Below are positions 12,648-25,067 of a DNA stretch of 60,000 nucleotides, in pieces (within the stretch, counting starts at the first letter, position 1; the number at the start of each line of letters is the position of its first letter). A program made the position numbers and the translations under genes. The stretch covers positions 8,558,001-8,618,000 of the forward strand of contig CM059433.1 of NCBI GenBank assembly GCA_030390025.1, written 5' to 3'. This DNA comes from Squalus acanthias. Lineage: Eukaryota. The notes under the pieces are model-generated. The model was not told where the DNA came from and made no database searches. It saw nothing but the letters and a program-made list of their open reading frames with translations.

Positions 12648-13323
12648 GAAAAAAGACTTGCATTTCTACAGCCCCTTTCACGACCACCGGACGTCTTAAA
12701 GCGCTTTACAGCCAATGAAGTACTTTTTTTGGAGTGTAGTCACTGTTGTAATGTGGTAGCCAATTCGCACACAGCAAGCTCCCACAAACAGCAATGTGAT
12801 AATGACCTGATAATCTGTTTTTGTTATGTTGATTGAGGGATAAGTATTGGCCCCAGGACACCGGGGATAACTCCCCTGCTCTTCGAAATAGTTGAGAGGT
12901 CGCACAACACCAGGTTATAGTCCAACAGTTTTATTTTAAATCACAAGCTTTCGGAGTTAAAACTCCACCCGACGAAGGAGTTTTAACTCCGAAAGCTTGT
13001 GATTTAAAATAAAACTGTTGGACTATAACCTGGTGTTGTGCGACCTCTCAATTTTGTCCACCCCAGTCCAACACCGGCATCTCCGCATCATGACCACTTC
13101 GAAATAGTGCCATGGGATCTTTTACACCCACCTGAGAGAGCAGACATGGGCCTCAGTTTAACGTCTCATCTGAAAGACGGCACCTCCGACAGTGCAGCAC
13201 TCCCTCAGCACTGCATTGGAGTGTCAACCTAGCTTTATGTGTTCAAGTCCCTGGAGTGGGGACTGTGAACTCACAACCTTCTGACTCAGAGGCGAGTGCG
13301 CTACCCACTGAGCCACAGCTGAC
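12648..13323 (-). mobile_element. DeuSINE (SacSINE1-like), interrupted by a Penelope-derived insertion
   Basis: tRNA-like head at ~13250-13323, Deu domain and L2-type tail. Collinear with 25068-25544 apart from 12893-13096. Confidence 0.88.
12893..13096 (+). mobile_element. Non-autonomous Penelope pLTR-derived palindromic insertion with hammerhead variant
   Basis: Perfect 75-bp inverted repeat (12892-12966 / 12977-13051) and 12-bp TSD CTTCGAAATAGT (12881-12892, 13097-13108). Motif CAC-CCGACGA-A-GGAG..CTCC-GAAA-GCTT-GTG. Confidence 0.8.
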
Positions 13324-15016
13324 AGGCACTGTTGATGGATCTTCATATGGTTCACAACGCATTGGGTTCAGGGATATTCTTCAACTGATAATCTACAAGG
13401 ACAGGATGGTGAATTCTGATGCATCCGATTGTATTTCATTAAGCAAAAATTAGCAGTGGTTTACAACCAGTGGGCCCCTAGATACAATTTCAGGCTCCAA
13501 TCTAACATTTGATTTTTTTTTTTTTCTGGAAATTCAACGAAACTGAACTGGAGAAGATGGGGTGGGGGGTTGGGGAGTGAACATAGTTTAGTTCTTCAAC
13601 TTGATTCCTTACGTGTCCCTCTGGGAATGGGAAATAAATGAGTCCATTGCTGCTGTCATTTGCTTTTGTCACTTGAATTACAAAGCATTGCTCGCGAGCA
13701 GGAACTCATCTAAACGATCAGTTTTGGGAGAGGCATTTGTGATTTTGACTTGGAGCAGACCTTTCTTGTAGCAGCCATATTATGTGCCAAGATTAAAAGT
13801 GCCCTTTTAAAAAGAACACGTATCCCCAAATCATTATATCAGGCAAAAAAATTTCAATATGACTAAGCAATGTGAATACAAATTAGGGCCACGACAATTT
13901 CTGTCTCTGTAATTTTCAGCATATAATTATTTAGGGCACAATATATTAATACGCTGGATGAGCTGAATGGCCTCCCGCCACCAGATATTTAGTCAACCAA
14001 TAAAATAAATGTAATTTATATTTCTCCTTTGATCTCTTCTGTGATTGTTTTTTATATAGCTTTCTACAAGTTAGGAACCAACTCATGTTTATTATCTGCT
14101 TCTGTACTGGAACGCATTCCAAGAGCATTTGACAGCGCATCTAAGCTTATACGGACCAGAGTGAAGCTGTGTGTTAAATATTGTGACCCTGAATTTAGAA
14201 GGACGGTGATAGACTGGGGAGAGCGTGGACTGACCATGATGATCTGTGGAGTTGGGAATATAAGCTGTGAGCAGAGTCCCAGTTGAATTTCCTTCATTAA
14301 AGAAAGACTGACAGATCTCAGTTTTTAAAATGCTGAGAGGAACGAATAATGTAAATACAAGAAAATTATTTATTTAGCTTCGGTATTGAGCACAGAACTG
14401 GAGAACGGGTATCAGATCAGCAAGGCTCCACTGATATTTGATATTAGAAAGTATTTTTGTGATTATGGGGAATAAGTTCCAGATAAATAGTTGACACTTG
14501 GCTCAATTGGGCCTTTTAAACAATGGTTAGGAACGGGATTGAGGGGTTACAAGAATAAGTGAATTCAAAAAATAAGATAATCAAATGTTAAGCATTGCAT
14601 GGAACACGATAGTTCCTGAGCTGCATGGACTATGGAAATGTTATCTAACAGAATCCCTGGTCTAGGTGTATGATGTAGGATGCATGGTTAGATAAGTACT
14701 TTGGAATTTTGCTTGACAAACCTTTGGAGACAAGGGCCGAAATTTTCTGTAACTGGGCAGGACGGTTGCAGGCGGTCGCCGTGGCAGGTCGCGACCCCGC
14801 TGCTCATTCCATTCCGCTCCTGAGATTGACTTTCCGTTAATGGCGCCTATTAAGGCAGCCCTGCCCTATTAAATGGTGCGGGTCTGAAGACGTCATCGAT
14901 GGCGCGTTTCCAGCTGGGATATTTAAAGGAGCCATGGCCACATTGCATTTGAAGGTTCATCTAGGATTGTGCAGGCACTGCACTGCACCATTGGTGTGTT
15001 CCAAACACTTGGAAAC

Positions 15017-16880
15017 ATGACTGCACAGAGGCAGAGGGCTGCACCCAGGTTCTCAGATGACTCCATCCATATGCTTCTGGAGGAAGTGAGAGCATGCAGG
15101 GAGGTCCTCTTCCCTTCCGATGGGCGGAAGAGACTGCCCCAGGAGACCAAAGGAGCCTGGCTCCAAATAGCAGAGGAGGTCAACAGCAGATGTTGTCAGG
15201 AGGACCTGGGTGCAGTGCCAGAAACGCTTCAATTATCTCATTAGATCAGGAAAAGTGAGTGCAAAGCCACACTCAACTTCATCCTGCTGTGCCTCTCATC
15301 ACATCCCCATCACTCTGCCTTCTGAAGCCTTCACCTGCACATCCTTACTCACACCAACATCCCTTGCATGTCCACCCATCCCTCTCTCTATCTACATTAT
15401 CACATCCCCATCTGACTAATCACCACTCACACTCAGCCTCATCCTAATGCAATCATAGCAACTAACAACACACAAGGAGGCCACTTGGCATTGTCATAAT
15501 CACCCTCCAAAGATCTAACCCATCCATTCCTTACACTCATTCCATCACTCTCATTCAAACTTCTCTTCTTTCCCTCCTTGCAGGAGAAGAGAGCCCACAA
15601 TAAGAGGGAGAGGGAGATACCCGGAGGTGGCCCTCCATCATTCGCCCCCTTAACTGCAGCAGAGGAGGTCGCCCTGGAAGTCTCAGGAGTCGCAGAGCAG
15701 CTGGAGGTGGGAGACAGAGCGAGAGGGACATCTCAGCAACCTGGTGGCAGAATTACATCTCATACAATCACATGGCATACAGCAGTAACTCATATGGGGA
15801 CTGATGTTATCAGCCAGTGAATGTTCATCATGTGCATAATGGTAACGTTACCCATTCTTGATATGACATTTCTAAATCATCTCTTTACTGTCCCACAGGT
15901 CCATCAAGACCGCCCCCCCCCCCACTGTCCAGGAGGAAGAGGAAAATGACTCCTCAGAGGAGCCTCCAGCCCCTGAGGATGCACCGTCACCAGACATAAG
16001 CGCACCTGGCACCAGCGGAGGTACGTACACCTCGGTGGGTCCCACGCCAGATAGAATAGTGTTGTCACCTGGTGTCTCACAACTCGCAAGTGAGCAAGAG
16101 CAGACAGTGGAGACAGGGACAGCAGTGGAGACTCCTCTGCCCAGCATGCAGACGCTGAGCCTCGGGGGCCATCCAGAAAGAGGGCAATCCTGGAGATGCA
16201 GCAGGAAATGCAAGAGGCTCTGACAGGTTTTGCGACTGCAATGTCTGCAAATGTCCAGAGAATGGAGGATTCCATCTCCAACATGAGCACCACCATGTCG
16301 CAGGTGATGGCGCCTGTGGGCTCTTCCTGGATAGGATGGCCACCTGCATGGAGCAGCTAATGCGCCACTCACAGGAGCACATGGTCTCTATGGAGAAATG
16401 AAGGCTATCTATGGAGAACAGATGGCAGACACTCATAGACCTCCTCTCTAGGAGGGATGTAAAGGTACCACTTGGGTCCTCATGGCCCCACTGCTGTGCC
16501 ACAAGGTGCTCTCCAGCTCCTTGCTAGCAGGGAAGTGCGGGTGGCCCATGAGAGGGATGATGGTGAGAGGGGACATGGGAGTGGGGGCTCCTCTCAAAGC
16601 GCTCCCACCTCTCCCCCATTGCCTCTCCCTCAGTCAGAGCCCCAGATGCCTCCTGGGATCGCGATGGCCGAGTCCGTCCCTGCACAGTCGCTGGAGGGGC
16701 AGACTTTGGCAGGGCCATCACGGCTCCAAGACCCAGAGGACGTCCGCCAAAAGTGTCTATGCAGTCACAGCAGGGAAGTGAGCAGCCTGCCTCCACCTCT
16801 GCTGAAGCCACAAGGTTAGCACCTCATAGAAGCACACGGAAGAGAAAGATGACACACAGGCAGATGCACAAGGGTAAGCA
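15017..16880 (+). pseudogene. Harbinger Myb/SANT-like DNA-binding protein gene (about 3 exons, frameshifted)
   Basis: MTAQRQRAAPRFSDDSIHMLLEEV...AWLQIAEEVNS...QCQKRFNYL. Donor GTGAGT at 15255; acceptors TTGCAG (~15583) and CACAG (~15898). Confidence 0.82.
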
Positions 16881-17150
16881 CTTGGGTGTTTAAACAACTA
16901 TTTGTGTGAAGTTTCCGTTAATCTGATGTCACGGATAAAAATTCTTATTTTCACCACTTCCAGGTCATGCCAATTTTGTCTGCAACTTTGGAAGTGGCTT
17001 AATGAGATGGAGCGAATGGCGCGACATAACGTTACCTCCAACAATGGTAGTCAGTGTGAAAGGAATGGCCTGGTCATTGTAGGGATGCTTTGTGGTGTTG
17101 CTGTTGGGTGTTGGGAGCCTGTGGCAGCCATATGGGTGTAATGCCTGAAG

Positions 17151-19791
17151 TTAAGTAAATCTGGCCATGACGAGCTCATCCCTGGCCTCCCGGGCAGCAA
17201 TGTGCTCGGGTGCTGGTGGGATCTGGCCCGCAGGTTCCTCCTGCTCCTGCTCCTGCTCCTCATCTTCCAGCTGATGCTCCTCCTCCTCTGAAGAGGCTGT
17301 GCGCTCAGTGCCTTGCTCCTCATGCAGCGCTAATCCTCGCTGCTGCACTATGTTGTGCAGGGCGCAGCAGACCACGACGATTCTGGAGACACTGGCTGGT
17401 GCGTACTGAAGGGCTCCTCCAGACCTGTCAAGGCATCTGAAGCACATTTTCAGCATGCCTATTGTCTGCTCTATGACACATCTGGTGGAGATGTGGCTTT
17501 CATATAGAAACATAGAAGATAGGAGCAGGAGTAGGCCATTCGGCCCCTCGAGCCTGCTCCGCCATTCAATGAGATCATGGCTGATCATCCAAACTCAGTA
17601 CCCTGTATCTGCCTTCTCCCCATATCCCTTGATACCTTTAGCTTTAAGAAATATATCTAACTCAACCTTGAATATATTTAATGACTTGGCCTCAACTACC
17701 TTCTGTGGTAGAGAATTCCACAGGTTCACCACTCTCTGGGTGAAGAAATTCTTCCTCATTTCTGTCCTAAATGGCTTACCCCTTATCTTTAGATTATGAC
17801 CCCTGGTTATGGACTCTCCGACCATCGGGAACATTCTTCCTACATCTAGTTTGTCCAGACCTGTCAGAATTTTATATGTTTCGATGAGATCCCCTCTCAT
17901 TCTTCTATACTCCAGCGAGTATAAGCCCAATCGACCCAATCTCTCCTCATATGTTATTCCTGCCATCCCAGGTATCAGCCTTGTGAATCTTCGCTGAACT
18001 CCTTCCATGGCAAGAACATCCTTCCTCAGATAAGGCGACCAAAACTGCACACAGTACTCAAGGTGTGGTCTCACCAAGGCCCTGTACAACTGCAGCAGGA
18101 CATCCCTGTTCCTATACTCAAACCCTTTCGCTATGAAGACCAACATACCATTTGCCTTCTTCACCGCCTGCTGCACCTGCATGCTTACCTTCAGCGACTG
18201 GTGCACAAGGACACCCAGGTCTCGTTGCACTTCCCCTTCTCCCAATCTATTGCCATTCAGATAATAGTCTGCCTTTCTGTTTTTGACACCAAAGCGGATA
18301 ACCTCACATTTATCCACGTTATAGTGCATCTGCCACGCTTCTGCCCAATCACCCAACCTATCCAAATCATCCTGGAGTTTCTCAGTATCCTCCTCGCAGC
18401 ACACACGCCCACCCAGCTTTGTGTCATCTGCAAACTTGGAGATATTACATTTAGTTCCCTTATCTAGATCATTAATGTATATTGTGAATAGCTGGGGTCC
18501 AAGGACCGATCCCTGCGGTACACCACTAGTCACTGCCTGCCACTCGGAAAAAGACCCATTCCTACTCTCTGCTTTCTGTCCGCCAACCAGTTCTCTATCC
18601 AAGTCAATACCTTGCCCCCAATCCCATGTGCCTTAACTTTACACGCTAATCTCTTATGCGGGACCTTATCGAAAGCCTTTTGAAAGTCCAAATACACCAC
18701 ATCTACTGGTTCTCCCTTATCTATTTTCCCAGTTACATCCTCAAAAAATTCCAGTAGATTAGTCAAGCACGATTTACCTTTTGTAAATCCATGTTGACTT
18801 TGTCCGATCCTGTCACTGTTTTTCAAGTGCTCAACTATTACATCCTTTATAATGGACTCTAGCATCTTCCCCACTACCGATGTCAGGCTTACCGGTCTGT
18901 AATTCCCCACTTTCTCTCTACCACCCTTTTCATTATATCTCTCCTGGGCCTCAGTACTTGACCTCCTCAAGGGTGTCATGAGCCATGTCTTCAGTGGATA
19001 GCCCTTGTCTCCAAGCAGCCAGCCGGAAAGTCTGTTTGGAGGAGCGAAAAGCTATGGGGCGGTGGACTGGTGCAGAATGAAAGAGTCATGACAGCTGCCA
19101 GGGAATTTGGCGCACACATGCCTGATGATCTTCCTATGGTTGCAGACCAGCTGAACATTGAGGGAATGGAAGCCCTTGCGGTTGACAAAGACTCCTGGGT
19201 GATGATGGGGTGCCCTGATGTCCACATGTGTGCAGTCGATGATGCCCTGCACCCGTGGGAAGCCAGCCAGATCAGCAAAGCCGAGCGCCCACTCAGTAAC
19301 ACTGGTTTCACCAGTGGCAAAGTTGATATAATTGGCTGACTTGTCAAATAGGGCATCGGTGACCTGTTTGATGCATCTGTGGGTGGCCGACAGCGAGATG
19401 CTGCAAATGTCTGCTGCAGATCCCTGGAAGGAGCCTGAGGCGAAGAGGTTGAGGGCACTGGTAACTCTGACAGCCACTGGTAAGGTGTGTCCACCCGCTC
19501 CTCTGGGCTGCAGGTCTTGCTCCAGCAATCTGCAAATGTCTGCGATGACCTGGCACAATAGCCTGAGCCTCCTTTGGTGCTGCTGCTCAGTCATGTTGAG
19601 GAAGCTCATCCTCTGCCTGTATACCCTGTGTTGGGGGTAGCACCTCCGACACGGTGCAGACCTGCGCTGATGCCCTCTGTCCTGTGCAACATCAGGTGGT
19701 TGAGGAGAAGGTTGGTGGTGTTGTTGGTGCTGCTGGTGTTGGGGCTCATCAAGGTCCCATTCTAAGGTGAGAGAGTATAAACGGCACCCAT
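17151..19791 (-). pseudogene. Harbinger (HARBI1-like, DDE_Tnp_4) transposase, interrupted by CR1 and frameshifts
   Basis: Motifs [81 protein letters not shown]...CCALHN. Confidence 0.9.
17504..18927 (-). mobile_element. CR1 LINE RT fragment inserted in the Harbinger transposase
   Basis: ORFs 17595-18602 and 18530-18979 carry [21 protein letters not shown] and FADDTKL. TTTCAT is duplicated at 17498-17503 and 18928-18933. Confidence 0.93.
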
Positions 19792-22002
19792 GCTTATGTA
19801 ATAGATGGCAGGTCAAGTAGAGATGACAGAAGCAATCTGTCAATGGTGTGATAGGTTCTACCAATGAGGTGACAGTGGATCCTGACTTTGCTGGAAACAC
19901 TTGCAACCTCTAGAAAGCTAAATCTGTGCTGACAATGCAGTCAGCAACAGCATCTGCCTTAGGAAAGTGACCAGGTGTCAGGTGGGAGTATTAATTTGCT
20001 TTCCACGCTGCATTAATGAGCTGGATCAATGGCCACTGAACTTCCGGCTCAGGTTTACAGACACGGTTCCCGAGCTGCGTGATTCCCGTGGTCATCCAGG
20101 GAAATTTGAAAGGTAGGGTTAAAAAAGACGCTTAAGGGTCTGACAAGTACCTAATAATCATCTGAATTAGCTCGGCCGCCTCTGCCGGTCAGGTCGCTGC
20201 CGCGCTGGCAAACATGCCCGAGGGAAAGGCGCGTGGGGGGGCGGGGGGGCGCGGGCGGGATGATGGCAGGTTCCCGACCCGCTGCAAGATACTTCGAATT
20301 TCCCTCCCGACCTGCCTCCAATCCTGTCTGCACGGACGTCAGATAATTCCGGCCAAGGAGAAATTTTAGAGTACCTCCCTCAGGACATTAAACGTGTTGG
20401 GTGAAATCCATGATAGAGCAGATTGTATGTCATCTGTGGGTGGAATATACCTGATGGGCTGAATGATCTTTTCTTGTTTCTACACTTACATTCTAATATC
20501 CTTACATGTTACCACGAACTATTGGCACTAAGAATCTTTTTTAACAACTATCAAAGCCTCTGTTAAATTCTAACTGTTACAAGATACAGTTAAACTGATC
20601 ACTTGTCATTTTGAGTCTTTCAACTTGCGCAATGCTCCCGTCGGTAAGGTCTTGAGGTTAAGTGCACACAACCCATGGTTTAGCAATTATCACTTGTAAG
20701 AAAATTGTATTGCTGATGCTATTAACACTGGCACCAAAATCTGTTGGAAAATGTGGCTCGCATCAGTGCAAAAATAATAACATAGGGCTTGCTGAATTCT
20801 GACAAGTACACCAACTGATTTTACTACGTGGACTTCTGCCATTATCTGTAATATACACTGACGATGGTGACTTATTAACTATTGGTCATGAAGGGGACCT
20901 TTTACATGAAAGTCCTCCAGGAAGATGTCCACCGAGGTTATCATTGACATTAATTGGACAAATCGGTATCACGCTCAACAGGGTGAGCCAAGTCCAATTT
21001 CTGCCTTTAATGACTAACTTGCTAACGGTCTACTTTTATGGGAAATCATAATGATCTAGCGAGGCATTAAAAAAAAAAGACACTTGAACATGTATGTCCT
21101 GGTTCGTCATGTGCTTAATGGGTAAAGAGAATATTATCTGCGTAGAGCTCTTAAGACAAACTACCGCAGCTTCCAGTTCGAGCAGCAGATGTACATTCTC
21201 CCACTTCACCAACAGAGACATACGTACCCATTCAGGCACAAGGCGCTCTGAGTAGCATGAAGTCATGTATAGGTTCGAATGATACCCAAATGACATAGAA
21301 ATGCAAGAAACTGTCCATAAAAATGGCATAACTTCATTAGACTACTGAAAAGGGTAAAAAAAAAACACTACAACTGCAAACAACAACTGCTAAACCCCAA
21401 GCTCAGTGTGGTAATGAATATGTGAAAGGTTGCTCTCAGATTAGTGTCTGTTCCCAGCGCTACAAGGGTTTATGTTTATGCCATTTTAGGAGTTGCATAT
21501 TACATATTTTAGTCTGTTTTAATTGCAAGCTGTTGGTTTTCCATTCCGAGATGAAGGTGCAGCCACGATAACAATTTTAACAATAAAAGACAGCCTCTAA
21601 CAGTGCAAGTGCTGCTTGCTCCTGGGAATTGGATGGCTGCTTGTTATTAATGTGTCCTCCGCTCACCTGCTGCACCCAAATCAAAACACTTGGAGCTGAG
21701 TTTACACTCAAAGTAGCTCTGTGTTTGTATTAGGCAGCCCAATCCCTTGGAGAGCTCCCTTACTCGTCAAAAGTGAATCAATCATCCAACAAGGATGTCA
21801 GCATCTGCCTGAGCAATCTTATTTGGAAGAAAGGGCAGATGGCGGTGTTTTTTTTTCCTGTTTAATCAGTTCCACCAAATGTGGACGAAACACTCGCACA
21901 AAAAAAAACCCTCCAACCCTCGGAAATATGCCATTGTTCCAGTGTGGCAAGAGACCCACAGGATTGCGGGGAAAAAAGAAAAACCGGGAACGCTCGAATC
22001 CG

Positions 22003-22172
22003 AAACAAAACGGAATACAGCCAGGAATTCACAGCAGGGGTTCGCCAGCGTTTCAAAAAAGAGAAAAATAGGTTTCGATGTTTTGGGCGAAAGCTTCCAC
22101 CTGAAACGTAAACATTTCTCTTTCCGCGTCTGACCGACCCGCTATACATTGCCAGCATTTTCTGGTTTTAAT
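22003..22172. mobile_element. Degenerate inverted Penelope pLTR remnant
   Basis: cctgaaacgtaaac...ccagcattttctg resembles 8076-8145, preceded by a decayed inverted copy. Confidence 0.5.
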
Positions 22173-22509
22173 TGCCAGCTTCAAAATGGCCACTTAATAT
22201 AAATTCTTCACAAGGAATACGATGGTTCCTAAAATCCATTGCAACCATGGGGTTTTTTTTTGTTGCTGGCCACCGACCAATATTTCACCAGAAAAGCTTC
22301 ACCTCGGGGGGGTTGATTTTCAACTTGCCACCAGGCATAAGACGGCCATTTCCAGATCGGCGCCCGTTATAGAAACCCAGCAAGATGGAAGTCTACCCAT
22401 CTGTGTCTGCAGAACTCTGGGGCAAGAATTCCTCCAGTCACTTTGTGCAGAGACAGATTTCCTCTGTTCAGTGTTTCTAGCAAGATTGTAAACTATTTTT
22501 TCAGAACAT

Positions 22510-23085
22510 GGCTTAGAAATTGGATCATGCGATTCTTGTCCTTTGGGCAAAAAAAAAACGGGCGCTGAAGGGTCCAATTTGGTAAGCGGGCGCCGGGAGA
22601 ACGCCACGTGCAGAATTGTTCAGGGCACCCCAGTTGTCCAGGAAGCCCGCCTGAAACTAGCATTAGACCCATTACCTATGCAAATGGAGGGCCTAACGCC
22701 CCATGCAGACCCGCTTTGGAAAATGGGATCGAGACTGACAACACCGTGCAGGCGGCAGTCAGTTTTCTCGGGCCTAAAGCAGCCCTTAAAGCAGTGCTCC
22801 TCTTGGGTCCACATTGAAACTGTGGGCCGCTGCCAGCCACTGCTCACCCCACCCCCAATCTCCTTCCCCCCCCCCCCACCCCTCCCGTATTTATCACAGG
22901 CCCTGTGCCGGCTTCCCCACATGCCAACTTTCCTCCTCTTCGCGACTGACACGCTGCCTTTTGGGACTAGCGCCCCCGACATGCCGGTCGTGTCTCGATG
23001 AGGTGAGGAGCGATTTTTTTTTGCGCGCGATCCTCTTGCACACCGGTTTCAGCTGCCGCTGGGATGGCGCCCGAATTTCTGGGCC
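22510..23085. mobile_element. Harbinger-type MITE
   Basis: Termini GGCTTAGAAATT / AATTTCTGGGCC with GC-rich subterminal arms. Confidence 0.65.
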
Positions 23086-23552
23086 TATTATGTTTTCTGA
23101 TTTCATTCGAAGTAGCAACCGGGAGAATTCCAACTTTGACGAGCGATTTCTGATCGCATTTTGTTTTGCCCGGTACATTTGGGTAAAGAGTGAAGAAGAT
23201 AAGGAAGAGTATTTTTTTGAGAAATGGAACTTCTGGCTTTAATGCGGCAAAAGTGAAATCAGTCTGTTCATCGATGAGATTTGAATCTGTATGAAAGCAC
23301 GTCATTCTGACATAAGCAGCACTCCTATTCTCAAACAAATAGAGTAGCAATTCTGTATTTGTCACTCTATTAAATGTTGACTGTGACTGAAGAACAATTA
23401 ATCAGACAGCTGCTTAGGTTACCATGTGTTAAAAAAGGAAATTTCCCTCAGCAGAAGGCTGCTTGTAAGTTATTGTAATAATGCTTAGGTCTGAAGATCG
23501 GGCCCTGTTTTCCCATTTGATTACTTTAACATAAACGGACATAGATGGCTCT

Positions 23553-23678
23553 GATGGAGGCAGTTCAGAGAAGGTTCACTCGGCTGATTCCTGAGATGAA
23601 AGGGGTTGCCTTGTGAAGAAAGGTTGAGCAGGTTGGGCCTATACTCACTGGAGTTTAGAAGAATGAGAGGTGATCTAG
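23553..23678 (+). mobile_element. CR1 RT fragment
   Basis: EAVQRRFTRLIPEMKGL..EERLSRLGLYSLEFRRMRGDL. Confidence 0.8.
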
Positions 23679-23815
23679 TAATTAAGAGCTCAACCAGCCA
23701 GCAACGAGGGCTGGCAGCAGTTCCAGAGACCACGGTGGGGGAGTGGGGGGGGTTGGCTGAAGGTGGCGGGGCTGCACTTTCCAAATGCCTCCCATAATGG
23801 TTAAGAGTGCAAACC

Positions 23816-23876
23816 GCTGATTGAAGCTGCCCGAAGTCTCCATCGGCTGGTCACACTTCGGGCAGCTTCAATCAGC
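23816..23876. repeat. Perfect 22-bp inverted repeat with 17-nt loop
   Basis: GCTGATTGAAGCTGCCCGAAGT / ACTTCGGGCAGCTTCAATCAGC. Confidence 0.9.
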
Positions 23877-25067
23877 TGATATGCTTCACGTGAGATCAAC
23901 ATCTGCTACAGTGTCTTGGTTCTATTTATCTCCTTGTGGTTCGAGCACCGGCCTGTACACGTTGCAAAGTAAGATGTTGATCGGATGCAGCCTTGTGAAA
24001 AATAAATCGGCTTTAAAAAGTCGGTGAGTACCTGAACTGCCCGAAATAGCCGGTGCGTTTAATACGTTCTGAGCGTGCCTTTGTAACTGACGCCTACGGT
24101 GTCGATTAATGGTTCGCGCCATTTGCCCAGTATGGACGGCTGTCCAGGATAAGTGAGGACAGTGTCAGTGGTGGCAACTGCACATCACCGCATGATTACT
24201 GCCTCATCGGCAAATGTCCACCCAGGGATGGGTGGTTACACTGCCCATCGAAAAGGACAGTGAGAGATTGGGTGGGCGCTAAAGTGGGCAGGGACCAAGT
24301 GTAATGGACCCTTCCCCCATTCCCTGTCCTTCCTCTGCCCAAATACCACCCCCCGCCGCCCCCCCCTCAAAAAAAAAACATACCGGGCAGTAAGCCGAGG
24401 CAAATCCAGGCTTCACCATCTCACCTCACAGATAACGAATATCCATTTGGCCAAGGCGGTCGGAAGCTGCTAATTCCCGCGGAAGCAGACCCCATCCTGG
24501 TGTGAGGTCAGCAGCGGAGGAAAGAAAATCCTCGGGACGGGAAGAACTTCAATATCCAAAGGATAAATGACATCTAAGCGGTGCAAGAATACGTCAGCGC
24601 TGTAAAGTAACTTGACTGAACTCCAAGTTGACCAAATTTAATGGACCGCCATACCTCGAGAGACTGGGGGCCGTGTTACTGGGCAAATTCCGTAAAAATC
24701 ACAGATAAGGAAGTGGGTCCTTGAGAGTTCTGTAAAACAAACCTTCCAGCCATTGCTAACAGGGACTTCTTCAGGCAATGGCGTAACCGGCCTTGAGGCC
24801 CACTGACGAACAGATAAGGAGAGGAGAAAGAAAAACAACCACTGGCCATGGTTAACGTGGTCTGGGACACGTGCGCACTGGGCGGTCTGCTAAGTTTTGG
24901 GGAATAAAAAGTGCAGTCGGGAGACACGAGGGTCTGCCGCAGTGAGTCGGGCGATTTGATCGGTCGCACGGAGAAGAGAACCTACTCGTCAGCGCCGAAC
25001 TGATCGCTCGCCGGTGTCAGTACGTATGTATGCTTGTACTTGCTTGTAATCGCTGTTGATTTTAAGT

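Larger units (their letters stand above)
14735..20354. mobile_element. Full-length PIF/Harbinger DNA transposon (disrupted)
   Basis: TIRs GGCCGAAATTTTCTG / GGCCGGAATTATCTG (13/15) and TSD AAG at 14732-14734 and 20355-20357. Contains convergent Myb/SANT and DDE transposase genes. Confidence 0.9.

Noticed and set aside
19052..19906. Domesticated HARBI1 host gene
   Set aside because: It lies inside TIRs and a TSD with its Myb partner, is frameshifted and is interrupted by CR1.
21036..21350. Possible minus-strand exon; similar candidates near 11677-11892, 42525-42635 and 54570-54850
   Set aside because: Weak or phase-incompatible splice sites and no recognisable homology.
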